From: Adineta vaga
Lineage: Eukaryota; Animalia; Rotifera
NCBI GenBank assembly: GCA_021613535.1
Contig: CP075495.1
Span: 5,518,001-5,582,000, forward strand
Reading direction: 5' to 3'
DNA length: 64,000 nucleotides
Part shown: positions 27,001 to 40,769 of the stretch, in pieces
Layout: each line of letters begins with the position of its first letter
Numbering within the stretch: the stretch's first letter is position 1
The notes under the pieces: generated by a model
What the model saw: only the letters and a program-made list of their open reading frames with translations
The model's database searches: none
What the model was told of the DNA's origin: nothing
Position numbers and translations under genes: made by a program

Positions 27001-27650
27001 TCAATTAAATCAACGTTTTAATCTTAGTAGAAAGAACGAAAACTGTCAATTGATATTCTTTCATTACTTTATAATCGGGAAATCGCACAAGAAATTGTAA
27101 AAGATCCATTGCTGAATTCCATATCAATGCTGGTAGTGCAAAAGTCATTCGTGAATGTTGTAAAATACCTTCAGCAAATGGTCTAGATAGTAAATATGAA
27201 AACATTTACAATTTTAGTTTTCTCCGTTTTTCCAAGATTACTTTGCCAATGGTGGATGAAATTCTACCATTTTCTTCAATAGTTTATTAATTGTGTACAT
27301 TCGAGGTGCATTTGTAGAATCCATAAATAATTCCACAAACGGACGAACAAATATAGTCACATCCTAGAATCATAACAATCATTTTACATCTATATTTATA
27401 TATATACGTGTATTAGGATTGTACTCTAATCGAATTTTGTTCACGCATTTTGTTTTGTACCACATTAATGACATGATCAGTTAAAACTTCGATATCTTGT
27501 ACATTCGATAGTAAACCACTAATCTCACTTGAACCATCCAATCCCTGAATAGAAGAAAAAGAAACAAAAACATGTTGAAATTTATGTCTATCATCAACGT
27601 ACAAGTGCTCGTCTACATGCCAAATAGATCGGTTCATCAATATTGGCCAT
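21025..27650 (-). CDS. MED23: Mediator complex subunit 23, many short introns
   Basis: Spliced segments match recalled MED23 motifs: GRDWLMW, TPHGWS, PVTFLYNTL, DWRYNEFANP. ATG at 27650, stop at 21025-21027. Confidence 0.9.
22327..22407 (-). other. U12-type (minor spliceosome) AT-AC intron in MED23
   Basis: 5' end ATATCCTTTT, branch site TTCCTTAAC at 22345-22337, 3' end ...TGCAC. Removing it gives in-frame LHKLVD-A-IYEKNSYQYNIDWRYNEF. Confidence 0.9.
22934..23191 (+). CDS. Putative 85-aa basic orphan protein nested antisense in a MED23 intron
   Basis: ATG-to-TAA ORF lying entirely inside an unusually long (~420 nt) MED23 intron (22880-23299). Codon use resembles neighbouring genes; no recognisable domain. 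Confidence 0.5.
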   Translation: MFRFPHTYENQHLYFSRFFSQQYQQKIKPRLIQAYQKRKTQLAKCSLIYSIQTLTLMDGSNPYIAGSYQVPFTSKRCLRSKSTYW

Positions 27651-27979
27651 ATCTACAAAAATGCACATGTTGTCATTTTCTTTTTCTTGTATGGAAATTT
27701 TCTTAGTTGCCTTTTATTCTATTCATTTATTTACATGAAATGAAAAAGAAACGTGATAAATGAATATCAGAGAGAGAGAGAATGTGAATGTGAGAAACAA
27801 AGAAAGAAAGAAAGAAAGAAAGAGAAAGTGAAAACTGTTCGCGTAAGGTTTTCTTTTAATTTCAAAACACACAATACGTGTGTTACAAAGACGAAAAAAA
27901 ATAATCATCAAAAGAGAACAAAACGAAATTTTTGTGACTACATCATGTCTAAAGAATCAAAATAGACAAAAATTAAATC

Positions 27980-29254
27980 TTAGGATAAAACGGATCCAGT
28001 TGCCATTAATGTACATCCTTGTGATTGATGTTCTTGTAATTGTCGTTCTAATCTGCCAATATCCGTTTTTAATCGATCAGCTGTAGTCGACAGATCTCGA
28101 TTTTTTTCTTGTAAATCATTGACGCGTTTTTGTAATTCCGCTATACGTGTTAGTTTACGTGTACGACATTTTTGTGCTGCCTAAGAAGAAGAAGAAGAAG
28201 AAAAAATATTAATTCAAGGTTTTATTTTGTTGATATCAAAATAGTGTAAAGAAAAGAAAATATTTACTTGTCGATTTCGTTCACGTTTCTTCTCTTTTTT
28301 CAAGACTTCATTATGCTCCAAACTAATACGTTCAATCGAAGAATTGTTATTATTAGATCGTAAATTAGGAACATGTTGAGGTTCATCTTTAACTTTATTT
28401 AACATAATTGTATTATGTTGAATATGTGCAGTCATTGGACTTTGTGCTGCTGATGATAAAGCCGAATTCGATGATTCATTACCGTTCATTGATGTATCCA
28501 TCGATGATGATATGGAACGATTTCGTGTAATAAGTTCTTGTCCCTGTTGTGTTGGAATACGATTCGTAAGATAGGTTAGAATTTGTTCTTGAACTTGTGT
28601 TTGGTTTTGAATATCAGCACTTGTTGGTGTCGTTGCAGTAATCGCCTTTTGTATTGCTTGTGTTAATTGAGTTAATTGTTCACCACTAACAGTTGATGAT
28701 AGTTGTTGTAATAATTGATGAGCATCCGATGGAACAACAATATATTGACGGGCACCATTATCTGATTGAGTTTGTTGTTGATGTGCATTAATTAATTCTT
28801 CAAGAACTTTAACACCTAGATGAATAAATATTTCAGAAAAGATTGAACAATTTTTGTTTATTTTTCATTTAATCAAACCTGGTGATGGTTGTCCATCGGC
28901 AACAAATGTAATATTATTTGCCTGTTGAGCTGTTATAGCATTTATTATATCCGGTGTTTGTAATTGAACAGTTGGTGTTGTATTTGAAACAATTGTATAA
29001 CCACGTAATTTTTCATCTAATTCTGGTGTACTCAATAGGAGTTTACTATAATCACTTGGTGTTAACAAAATTGAACTACCCATACGTTGACCACCTAATT
29101 GCAATGTACTCGGTCGTGATGAGCTTGGTACTGCACGAGATGGTGGTGGAGACATATTTGTCGTTGTACTAACAGTTTCATTTTGTGCAACGAATGACAA
29201 ATTTGGTTCGACCTGTTGAGGATCTTGATCGTTTTTTATGGTATGATCATCCAT
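27980..29254 (-). CDS. jun: Jun-family AP-1 bZIP transcription factor, 3 coding exons
   Basis: Basic region/zipper KKRERNRQ/AAQKCRTRKLTRIAEL...EHQSQGCTLM parallels c-Jun RKRMRNRIAASKCRKRKLERI...HVNSGCQLM. N-terminal LLTPSD..LLSTPEL parallels the c-Jun S63/S73 region. Confidence 0.9.
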
Positions 29255-29519
29255 GATACTATTTGAAAAGAAAAATGAAAAAAATTTCATTAATAAAATT
29301 GAAGACAATGTGTGTTTACATACATAAGTAACGATTCGAATACAAAATAAAATATATGTGTTTTTCCTTGATGCGTGTAAACTTACTCTTTTCTGATCAG
29401 ACGAATAATAGAGCAAGGCAGAAAAAAAATGTATATTGTATGAAAGGCTGTTTTAATGATGGAAGAAAGAGAAAAAAAAGTGCACGAGTGGGCGATATAA
29501 GCGCAACAAAAGTGTTATG

Positions 29520-29626
29520 TATATATAAGAAAGAAGAAAGGCAAATATAAGCAAAAAAAACACGATGACTCAGCAGAAATTGCAATGGTTCTTTTTTTCT
29601 GACTCATTACAACCGAAAACTATTGG
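29520..29626 (-). promoter_or_regulatory. jun promoter: TATA-like element, two AP-1 sites and a CCAAT box
   Basis: TGACTCA at 29566-29572 and 29600-29606, ATTGG at 29622-29626, TATATA near 29520-29526. Confidence 0.6.
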
Positions 29627-30512
29627 TCAAAAAAGTGAAAGAATTAAATAAATTGATTAAGGATATTTTTTTCAATATAAACTTAAAAAACATTTTTTCA
29701 ATAACTTTCTCAGAATTAATTTTATAATAACAAGCGACATCTATTAGAACGTACTAAGGCATATATCAAATCAAACTGTGAGTTTGTTTCTGTATAGTAT
29801 AGTTGTAGGGATGAAAAAGGGGAAGAGAAGAATGTCTCCTTGATTACAAACAGAGAAAAGAGGATTTTTACTGACAAACGATGAATCATTCTGCAAAACA
29901 TTTTTTTTTCTTACAAAGTATGATTCATGAAAATCATTCCAGATTCAGATTGGGAATGTTTCATAACAAGATGATAGTTACAACAATCTAAATAACTTGC
30001 ATTGAACAATGAAAATGCTTTTCAAAGAGAATCAAACTTTTCTATTGATAGGTTATATTCAAAGACACCAATAAATAGCGAATGAAGGATCCTTATTTTA
30101 TCATTTCATGAGAAAATATCAACTATTTCTTGTTCAAAAACAGTTTTTTCTTAACAATATCATCTATAGAAAAGACAGCGGATTAGAAAACAATACCACG
30201 ATCGTTTATTCTTTAAGTGTGATAAAAAAAATAAGCCCATTATATTTATATAATAAAAAATACAGACGAAATACCCAGTAGTTCACTCGAATAAAATAAT
30301 ATCGAACAAGATGATTATGAACGCATATATGTATATATATTCAAGATAAAAACAAATAATTCAATCTTGTCATAAACTCATGATTTCCAAAATGAAACTC
30401 AACGAGATTCCATTGATAAATAAAATGAAAAGATAAATAATAATAATAATAGTAGAAAAAAAAACTTTACTAAAATTCATTCCTTATGTTTGTTTCGTCT
30501 GTTTATAATTGT

Positions 30513-31925
30513 CTAAATACGTTCTTGACTGTTAGCTGGTATCACTTTTACTTTCTTTTCCCATCCATAAAGAAATGTTGCAGTAATAACTAAAACTGTT
30601 CCAATAAAGAAAAATCTAAATAGATAAGATTACAATTGAAATTATCGTTCTTCATTCACATTAATGATATGCTTACAATGTTGGTGTAAAGTCATTTAAA
30701 ACAAAATATGAAACAACAGAAGAAAGAATAATTGAAAGTGAAGTTGCAAAACCTTTAACAATATTATCAGCATATTTAATCACAGCAGCAATTATTAAAC
30801 CACCGATTGCCTATCGAAAAAGGATAGAAAATAAAAAATGAGTTAATCGAACATGGCTTTCATTACTTGAAGAAAAACAACAATCCATACAATTGTTGTA
30901 TATCCTTGAAAAAAGCCTTTTTCCATCACAGCATCATAATCAAAAATAAAAACAATGACTAAACCAAAAAGTGTTCCAAATATAGCTGAAAAACACACAC
31001 ACATACAATAAATCAATATCATAGAGAATATATTTCATTCAAACCTAATTGAATGTTTCGCATCCAAACTGATGTTGGGCCTGTTTTGAGAATTTTCTCA
31101 AAATATACTCCAGCAAAACCTGATGTTAATGTTGCCATTAATACAGCACCAAAACCAATAAATTGTTGCGTCCAAGATCGTTGTACTTTTGATGATGTAC
31201 GTTTATTTATTTCATCGGATGATGGCCACTAAAAGATGTCAATATATTAGTTTATTTATTTACTTCATCTTACGTACCGTTACAAATGCTACACCAAGTG
31301 CAAGCATACATAAAGAAAACCATTGATGTTTTTCTATTCGTTTTCGAAGCATAAATACTGAACAGAGTGCTGTTGTTAAAATTTTCAATTGATATGTAAC
31401 TTGATATGTTGCTGCATTGAGATATGATAAAGCAACAAACAAAAGATTATTTTGAATTGCATATAAACCACTTGGTATTGCTAATTTGAATGTTTCAGTT
31501 GGTTTACCATAGATTTCTTCATTTAATTTACGAAATAATCGATTGAATGAACAATCTATATATATATATATAGATTAGAGTAAAGATTTGTCATTTTTTT
31601 TCCTTATCTATATACCATTTTCAAACCAAACAAGTATAACACAAATAATTCCTTTAATAAATTCCGAGGCAACAATCGCTGTTGACGAGATATATGGTTC
31701 GCCTTTTCTTGTACGTGAATAACGTAAGAGAAGAACTATACCTGTCGTTTGCAGGATTAAGGCAATCAGACTCATCCATTTTAGATTGTTTTGTTTCTGC
31801 ATCTGGAAAATTAGAAAGATAATTGAAATAAAAATGTCAAATCAATGAGGTATTTCATCAGCAATTAAGCCTAGTAGCGTCATATACGGTAGACAAAGCG
31901 AGTCGAGTATACTCACACGATACAT
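30513..31925 (-). CDS. SLC35A-family nucleotide-sugar transporter (UDP-GlcNAc/UDP-Gal type)
   Basis: Motifs [60 protein letters not shown] tiny first exon (MYR at 31925) is tentative; otherwise the start is 31802. Confidence 0.9.
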
Positions 31926-32203
31926 TTTCTATAAGTGTTCGTTGTTTAGAAAAGAAGTAGTATATCTAGAGAGAGTAAGTATTATTCTAGTAGTGAGAAG
32001 ATCTGTTTAACTATAATTGCAAACTGCATGTATGAAAAGCAAGAAAAGCAGAATTTTATTCTTATCTCTACCTCCATTTGTATTTTTATCAGATCTGAAA
32101 AAAAAACATACACAATATTGTTTATCAAGAGAAGAATAAAAATGTTGTTTAACATGATCTTTTTTCTTTATTTCTTTCAGAAAATAAACCAAACAAATTT
32201 TGT

Positions 32204-33343
32204 TTAACAACATTCGGATTCAACGAGTTTTAACCCGTTACAATACTGAAAATCCGTACTGTTTACATAATCACTGATATCTAATGCAACTTCACAACTT
32301 TCACGAACAACACGTTCTTTATCATGTAAATAGGATTCAAGAATCTGTCGACATTCATCGGTACCAATTGAACCGAGTGTTTCCGCACATTCATGTCGAA
32401 CCATATAATTTTCATCAAGAATTGATAATTGTTGATGAAGTGCTGGTATTGAACATATGGATTGGAGTTGACCAAGTACAAAAGCAATTTCATGACGAAA
32501 TAAAGCACTCGACGCTTGAAAACCTAAAGAAAGATAGATTTTCATTTTAGTCCATCTTCATATATTCAATACATACCTTCACATATAGCCAATACAGCTT
32601 CATCACTACCGATATTTCGAAGAGCAAACATTGCACGATATCGTTCAAACAAGGATCGTTTTTCATCAAGTAAAACTTGTTTTAATTCATCGATTGTTGT
32701 TGGTGTCAGAGGTGGAGCCGGATCGATTGTTGTATAATTTATATCTGTTGAGTTTGAAGATGTTTCATTTGATGCATTCTTACGTAGCCATGCCAAACGA
32801 TCAAGTGCTATTTGACAAGTTTCAGAAATCTATCAGAAGAAATATATTAGAATAATGATTTGAACATGAAATAAAGTGCATCATTATCTCACTTCTGCTC
32901 GAGGATTTTGACTTTGTTTCGTAAGTGCATTAACAACATCTTGATTATCGAAACAACCTAATGCACCTAATGCTTCACCTACAAGCATAAATTGAAATTT
33001 TTATATGAACATATCTCTATTGTTAATTCATACCGGCTTCATGTCGCACCATAGAATCTTCATCGGAATCGTTTAACACTTGAATTAACTTTTCAATTGC
33101 ATATTTATTACCCATTTGACCGAGACAATAAGCACATTCATGTTTTAATAATGCTGATGTGTCCGTAAAGGCACGTGAAATAGCATCGACTACATGAGAT
33201 GTTTTTTCTGTTTGTTGTTGATTTTGACTATCGAGACTTTTCAATGTAAATAAAATACGAAATCGAAGTTTAAGTGGTAATGATGTATCCACTAACATTG
33301 ATGATAATTTCTCAATAGTTGCCTCGTTTGTCATTGATGACAT
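32204..33343 (-). CDS. DOHH: Deoxyhypusine hydroxylase, 4 exons
   Basis: Four HE iron-binding HEAT motifs ([27 protein letters not shown]) plus the IDPAPP linker. Confidence 0.95.
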
Positions 33344-33439
33344 TGTACTTGATTTCAGAGTAATTTTCTGTGTGTGAATGAAATAAGTAACTTAACTTGA
33401 CGAAATTTCTTCTATGAAAACATACAGCCATTCTTCTCT

Positions 33440-33465
33440 GATTGGTCATTGAATACAGACCAATC
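33440..33465. promoter_or_regulatory. Inverted pair of CCAAT boxes in the DOHH/PABP divergent promoter
   Basis: GATTGGTC (33440-33447), 10-nt spacer, GACCAATC (33458-33465): a perfect 8-bp inverted repeat. Confidence 0.55.
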
Positions 33466-33722
33466 CAAATTGTTTATTAATCCTCCGAAAATAATTGAAA
33501 CTTTCAATAGAATGAATTTTTTTTTTTGTAAAATTTAATTACTTTTATTACTTGAATAAAATTGTTTGATTTTAGATCGTTATTTAAATCAATGAAAGAA
33601 ATTCTTTCGTTTCAATCTTCCTACATCGCACGTTCTATGATTGTATCTATTTACGCTAATCAGATTTTTCTATCTTCACTTTACTATTTCTGTGTGTGTG
33701 TAATTGTGTGTGTGCGAGAGCG

Positions 33723-33883
33723 CCTTTCCTTGTTGGTATAAAAAAGTCTAAAAAAAAAACGAAAAACTCTTTGTTAAATTTCACAATAGTAGTGTGAAAC
33801 CAAAAAAAAACGTAAAATCAATTTTATTAAACGAAAAAAGCCAACAACAGCGCTAATAATCAGACAAAAAAGACAAAAAAAAT
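33723..33883 (+). promoter_or_regulatory. PABP 5' leader: pyrimidine (TOP/TCT-like) tract followed by oligo(A)-rich autoregulatory-like region
   Basis: CCTTTCCTT at 33723, then repeated A5-A10 runs up to the ATG. Confidence 0.55.
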
Positions 33884-36225
<2,342 letters not shown>

Positions 36226-37017
36226 AAAAAATTTCCACCTTTTTCTTTCTCTCTTTCTCCTTCTTCTTTTCGTCAATCAAAACAAAATTAATCAAACACA
36301 TCTATATTTATTCATACATAAGTTGTCTTTGCAGTTTGTTTTTCATCGAATCATGCGTTAAATCAATCAACGTAACGCGTGTACTATCATTTTCTGTTAA
36401 CTACTATTCGTATTCGTTTTCTTTTTCGTTTACTTCCTTTCATTATTACTTGTTGTTGTTATTCGGCGCCAGATATGGTGCATTATTCACACAAGATCCT
36501 TATATTCTAAAACAAGACAAAAAAATAGAAAAATCTTTTGAAAAACAAAGAAAGAAACATAATTGATTCTAACTTTCATTTCATATAACTAAATTATTGT
36601 TGTTATTAACTTTTATAAATATTAGACAGTCGAGTACTATTTATGTTTTGATGATATTTTGAGCGATGCAGAAGAAATAGATCGAACATATCTATGTATG
36701 CGTGTTTTTGTCTGTATTTGAAAAGATTAATTAAATAAAAAAATTTTCTTCAATTCTATTCTACTTTGAAGGCTTATTATACAAATAGAATGATTACAAG
36801 AAAGGGATGATTCAGTAAAAAAAAGTGTGAACAAGTCTGTCAAGGTAAAAGAAGTGCTACTCTTATGACCTTTCTATTACATCGTATATGAAGTTCTCTA
36901 TCGTTCGATGAAGATTTACAAGCATACTGATAATTTGATACGATAAGAAACAATAGAATTTTATATAAAGTAGATAAAAAAACGACAAAAGACTGAAATT
37001 CTGCCTAGAAGTCAGTC

Positions 37018-39851
37018 ATGAAACGTATTCTGATTCTCATACAATTATTGATTGTTCTATTGAATTATTTTGTGAATTCTGAGATTACAGTTATTGAAGT
37101 GAAATATCCATTAAAGGTAAGAGATATGGATAATTCTGATGAAAGTATTTAACTATTATATACACTAATACAACCATTCTCTCTGAATAATTACTTTGAA
37201 ATGCTATGGAATCGTATTGTATTCTTAAGAAAAAAGCAAGTTTACGATAATTCCAACGACATCATCTCTTTATGCAACTATTTGAGAATGTTAATCAAGA
37301 AGATAGCAATGTGCAGTAGCTTTTTTTATTCAACAGTTGTCCAATCTCCGTTGACTTTTACAACCTACTTCAAGAAAAAAATCGTCTTACTTTTAAAAGA
37401 AATGTGATTGTCGTTTTATTTTCACCTATGATGGTCTATTTAGGGTCAACGGTCGCCACCAAATGCAGTATGGCCACATCCACAGCAAATCATTGCGTCA
37501 TCTGAGTTGCTCTACATACGTCCACATGATATTACGATTAATTCTAATATTCCAAGTTGTGATATTATTTCAAAAGCTATCGAACGATATGAGCCATTAC
37601 TCTTTCCTCCAGCATTGTCAATGCATGAACCACCATCAAGTGCTGACAATATTTTACAAAGCCTTAATCTGAATATACGTGATGATGGACAATGTGAACA
37701 ATATATTCAACCAACCTCAAATGAAACTTGTATGTTACATATCTCTTCATACAACTTCATCATTCTTCTTCTTCTTCTTCTTCTTCATCTTCTAAGATAC
37801 TCTCAGCATCTCACAACAGATTGCTATTGTCGAATCAACCACTGTTTGGGGTCTTTTACGTGGTCTCGAAACATTCTCACAACTCGTCTATATCAATGAA
37901 AACAATTATGTACGTTCACCATCAACTTCATTTCATCTCATCTCTTGCACTTCCTCTTCTTCTTCTGTCTTTTGTCATAGGTCGTCATCAATAGTTCGAT
38001 GAGCATTGTCGATAGTCCACGATTTCATCATCGTGGTATCATGCTTGATTCATCTCGACATTTTCTTCCAGTTTCAATCATCAAAAAGAATCTAGTGAGT
38101 TATGCAAAAGAAATCATTGGTTTGTATGTTTTGTACGATTATAATTCGTAGGATGTGATGTCGTATAACAAGCTCAATGTATTTCATTGGCATCTTGTTG
38201 ATGACCAGTCTTTTCCATTCGAAAGTAAAACATTTCCCAAGTTATCTGAAATGGTAGATGATAGTGTTTAATTTTGTTTTGTTTGTGAAAAGAATGGTTA
38301 TTGTAGGGAGCATATTCGGTGGATCATGTGTATTCAATCGATGATGTTGCTGATGTGATTGAACATGCACGAGTACGAGGAATTCGTGTTATTCCAGAGG
38401 TACGTCATACATATAGCGTTTGATACGACTTAATCCTCTTCATATTAAAGACACACCTGGTCATACGTTCTCATGGAGTAAATCTATGCCTCAGTTGATC
38501 ACCGTCTGTTGGGCAAATGGAAAACCCTATCAAGCCATATATGCAGTACAAGGTGAAATGGAAATTTTCAATCCAAGCGAACCACGTGTTTATTCAACTA
38601 TGGATGCTTTATTACGAGAAGTAAAAGATAGATTTCCTTCCAATTATATCCATTTAGGTATGTAAAATACTTCCGCTTCTTAAAAAAAACACTTTTTAAT
38701 GTTCTTGTTGAATTTATAAGGTATGGATGAAGTTTATGATAAATGTTGGTAAGTTAGCATTTAACTATGAAGAAAGATTAGATTAGTTGTGTTTGGTTTT
38801 CCTTCAGGCTTTCAAATCCAAATATCAGTCAATGGATGCAGTCAATGAATATCTCAAATGCAAAAGGACTTCATACATACTATGCCGATCGTATTCTTAA
38901 TATAATGCGTAGTATTAATTCAATACCAATTGTTTGGCAAGATGTTTGGGATGAAAAAGTTCAAGTAAGATTTGAATATTTCTAATAAATTTTCTGAGTT
39001 AACTTATCGATTAATTTAGTTACCACTAGGTACAATAGTACAAGTATGGAAGGATACGAGTGACAATATTGAATTTGATACATGGGCATCTTATTTAAAT
39101 CAAGTAGCCAATCAAGGTTATAATGTTATACTATCAAGTCCATGGTATTTAAATTATATTAGTTATGGTAAATATAATACTAACACATCGGTCATGAATT
39201 TGGAATTTTTTAAATATTATGAAATTGAACCACTTCGCGAATTTAATGGTAAAGATATGATTGAATATGACTTAACTTCATTTTCACCATAAACATATGT
39301 ATAGGATCAGAAGAAGCAAAAAAACGTATTCTTGGCGGAGAAGCATGTATGTGGGGTGAATTTGTTGATGGTACAAATTTACTTTCTCGCTTATGGCCAA
39401 AAGCATCAGCTGTAGCCGAACGATTATGGAGTGCTGCTAGTGTTAACAATTCGAAGATGCACAATTTCGATTAGTAACTATACATTTCAGCTATCTATGT
39501 CCTCATAAAATTTTGTATACACTTTGTAGGATGTTCATCGATGCCGTCTATTAAGGTTTGTAGAAAAATTTGAAAGCCAGTGTAGTATTTTTATTTATTA
39601 GACGTGGTATACCCGCTCAACCCATTCTTAATGGTTATTGTGGAAGTTATGAACCGGGCATGCCAAGATCGATGATTAACCATCCAGCATTCAATTATGA
39701 TGTCTCTAATGTGAATGCTACGACGACGACAATAGCATCTCAAACTTCAACTGTTACTAATTCATCATTTGCATCTGGTATATTCAACGATAAATTGTAT
39801 CATGCACTGTATCTGATCCTATGTCTGTTAGGTGTATTTTTCTTATACTAA
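37018..39851 (+). CDS. GH20 beta-N-acetylhexosaminidase, copy 1 (signal peptide, likely GPI tail); two apparent frameshifts
   Basis: Motifs [61 protein letters not shown]. The frame breaks at ~38450 and ~39452 relative to copy 2. Confidence 0.9.
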
Positions 39852-40769
39852 TACTCAAATAATGAAACTTTGAAAGAGATTGAGAGAAGTCTATCCTCAT
39901 CATTGCTAAGATGTGTGTGTGCATGTGTTTTCTTAATTTAAACAATAAACAGAGGATACTGTTCCATTTAATGCGTTATTGTGTACTTGAGAACTCTGAA
40001 TGATGTTAATGAGTTTAAGAAATAAAAGAAAAATAATCTTTAGCAATAAAAACGATTCATCTACGAAAGATTTATTAGTAATAAAATTTAATCTCTTTCT
40101 CTTATATTTGCAATCATCCTTTATGAAAATGACAAAAAGAATCTAGTATGAAAGTGTATCAACACAATTTATAATCTGTGAATATTAGATATAAATGATA
40201 TAATTGTTTTATTGTTAGACACGAGATTTTTATATGACACGATACCCTATTATCTGTCTCTAAGCAATAACTTCATTTGGTATATACTTCTTATATAGTA
40301 GATCAACAATTATTGACACTCAATTTTTACCTGAAAATAAAACTCGATGAAAAACTAAAGCAAATATGTAACACCTGTTCGATGATCGTTATTCTAATCT
40401 CAGTGGCTTGTACAGATTATCATTTGATTATTCAAGATTAATACCTCTAAAGTTGTTTCAAATGTTTGTCTCAACTGATTTACTTGACGAGAAAAAAACA
40501 GATATACTTTGTTAAAAATAGAAGAAAGCAAATCGACACTTCTAGGTTAAATAATAATATAGAATATCGATAAATGTAATACGAAATATATAAATATATT
40601 TGTAATAAAAGATAAAAGTTTTCAAGAGCAAGATCAATATCTTAGGGTGTGATTATTTTATAGTCTGTTAATAGGTTTGAAGTGAGTGAAAATAAATAGG
40701 TGCGACAATTTATATCTTACCGTTATGTATCATTTCAATCCTTTTGACAAAGATATATTATTTTGTTAG

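Noticed and set aside
29659-29666. ATATCCTT on the minus strand upstream of jun
   Set aside because: Lies upstream of the apparent promoter; no matching branch site or AC acceptor.
36771-36786. GGCTTATTA, resembling the start of a rotifer spliced-leader exon as I recall it
   Set aside because: The match stops after ~9 nt; no donor or Sm site follows.
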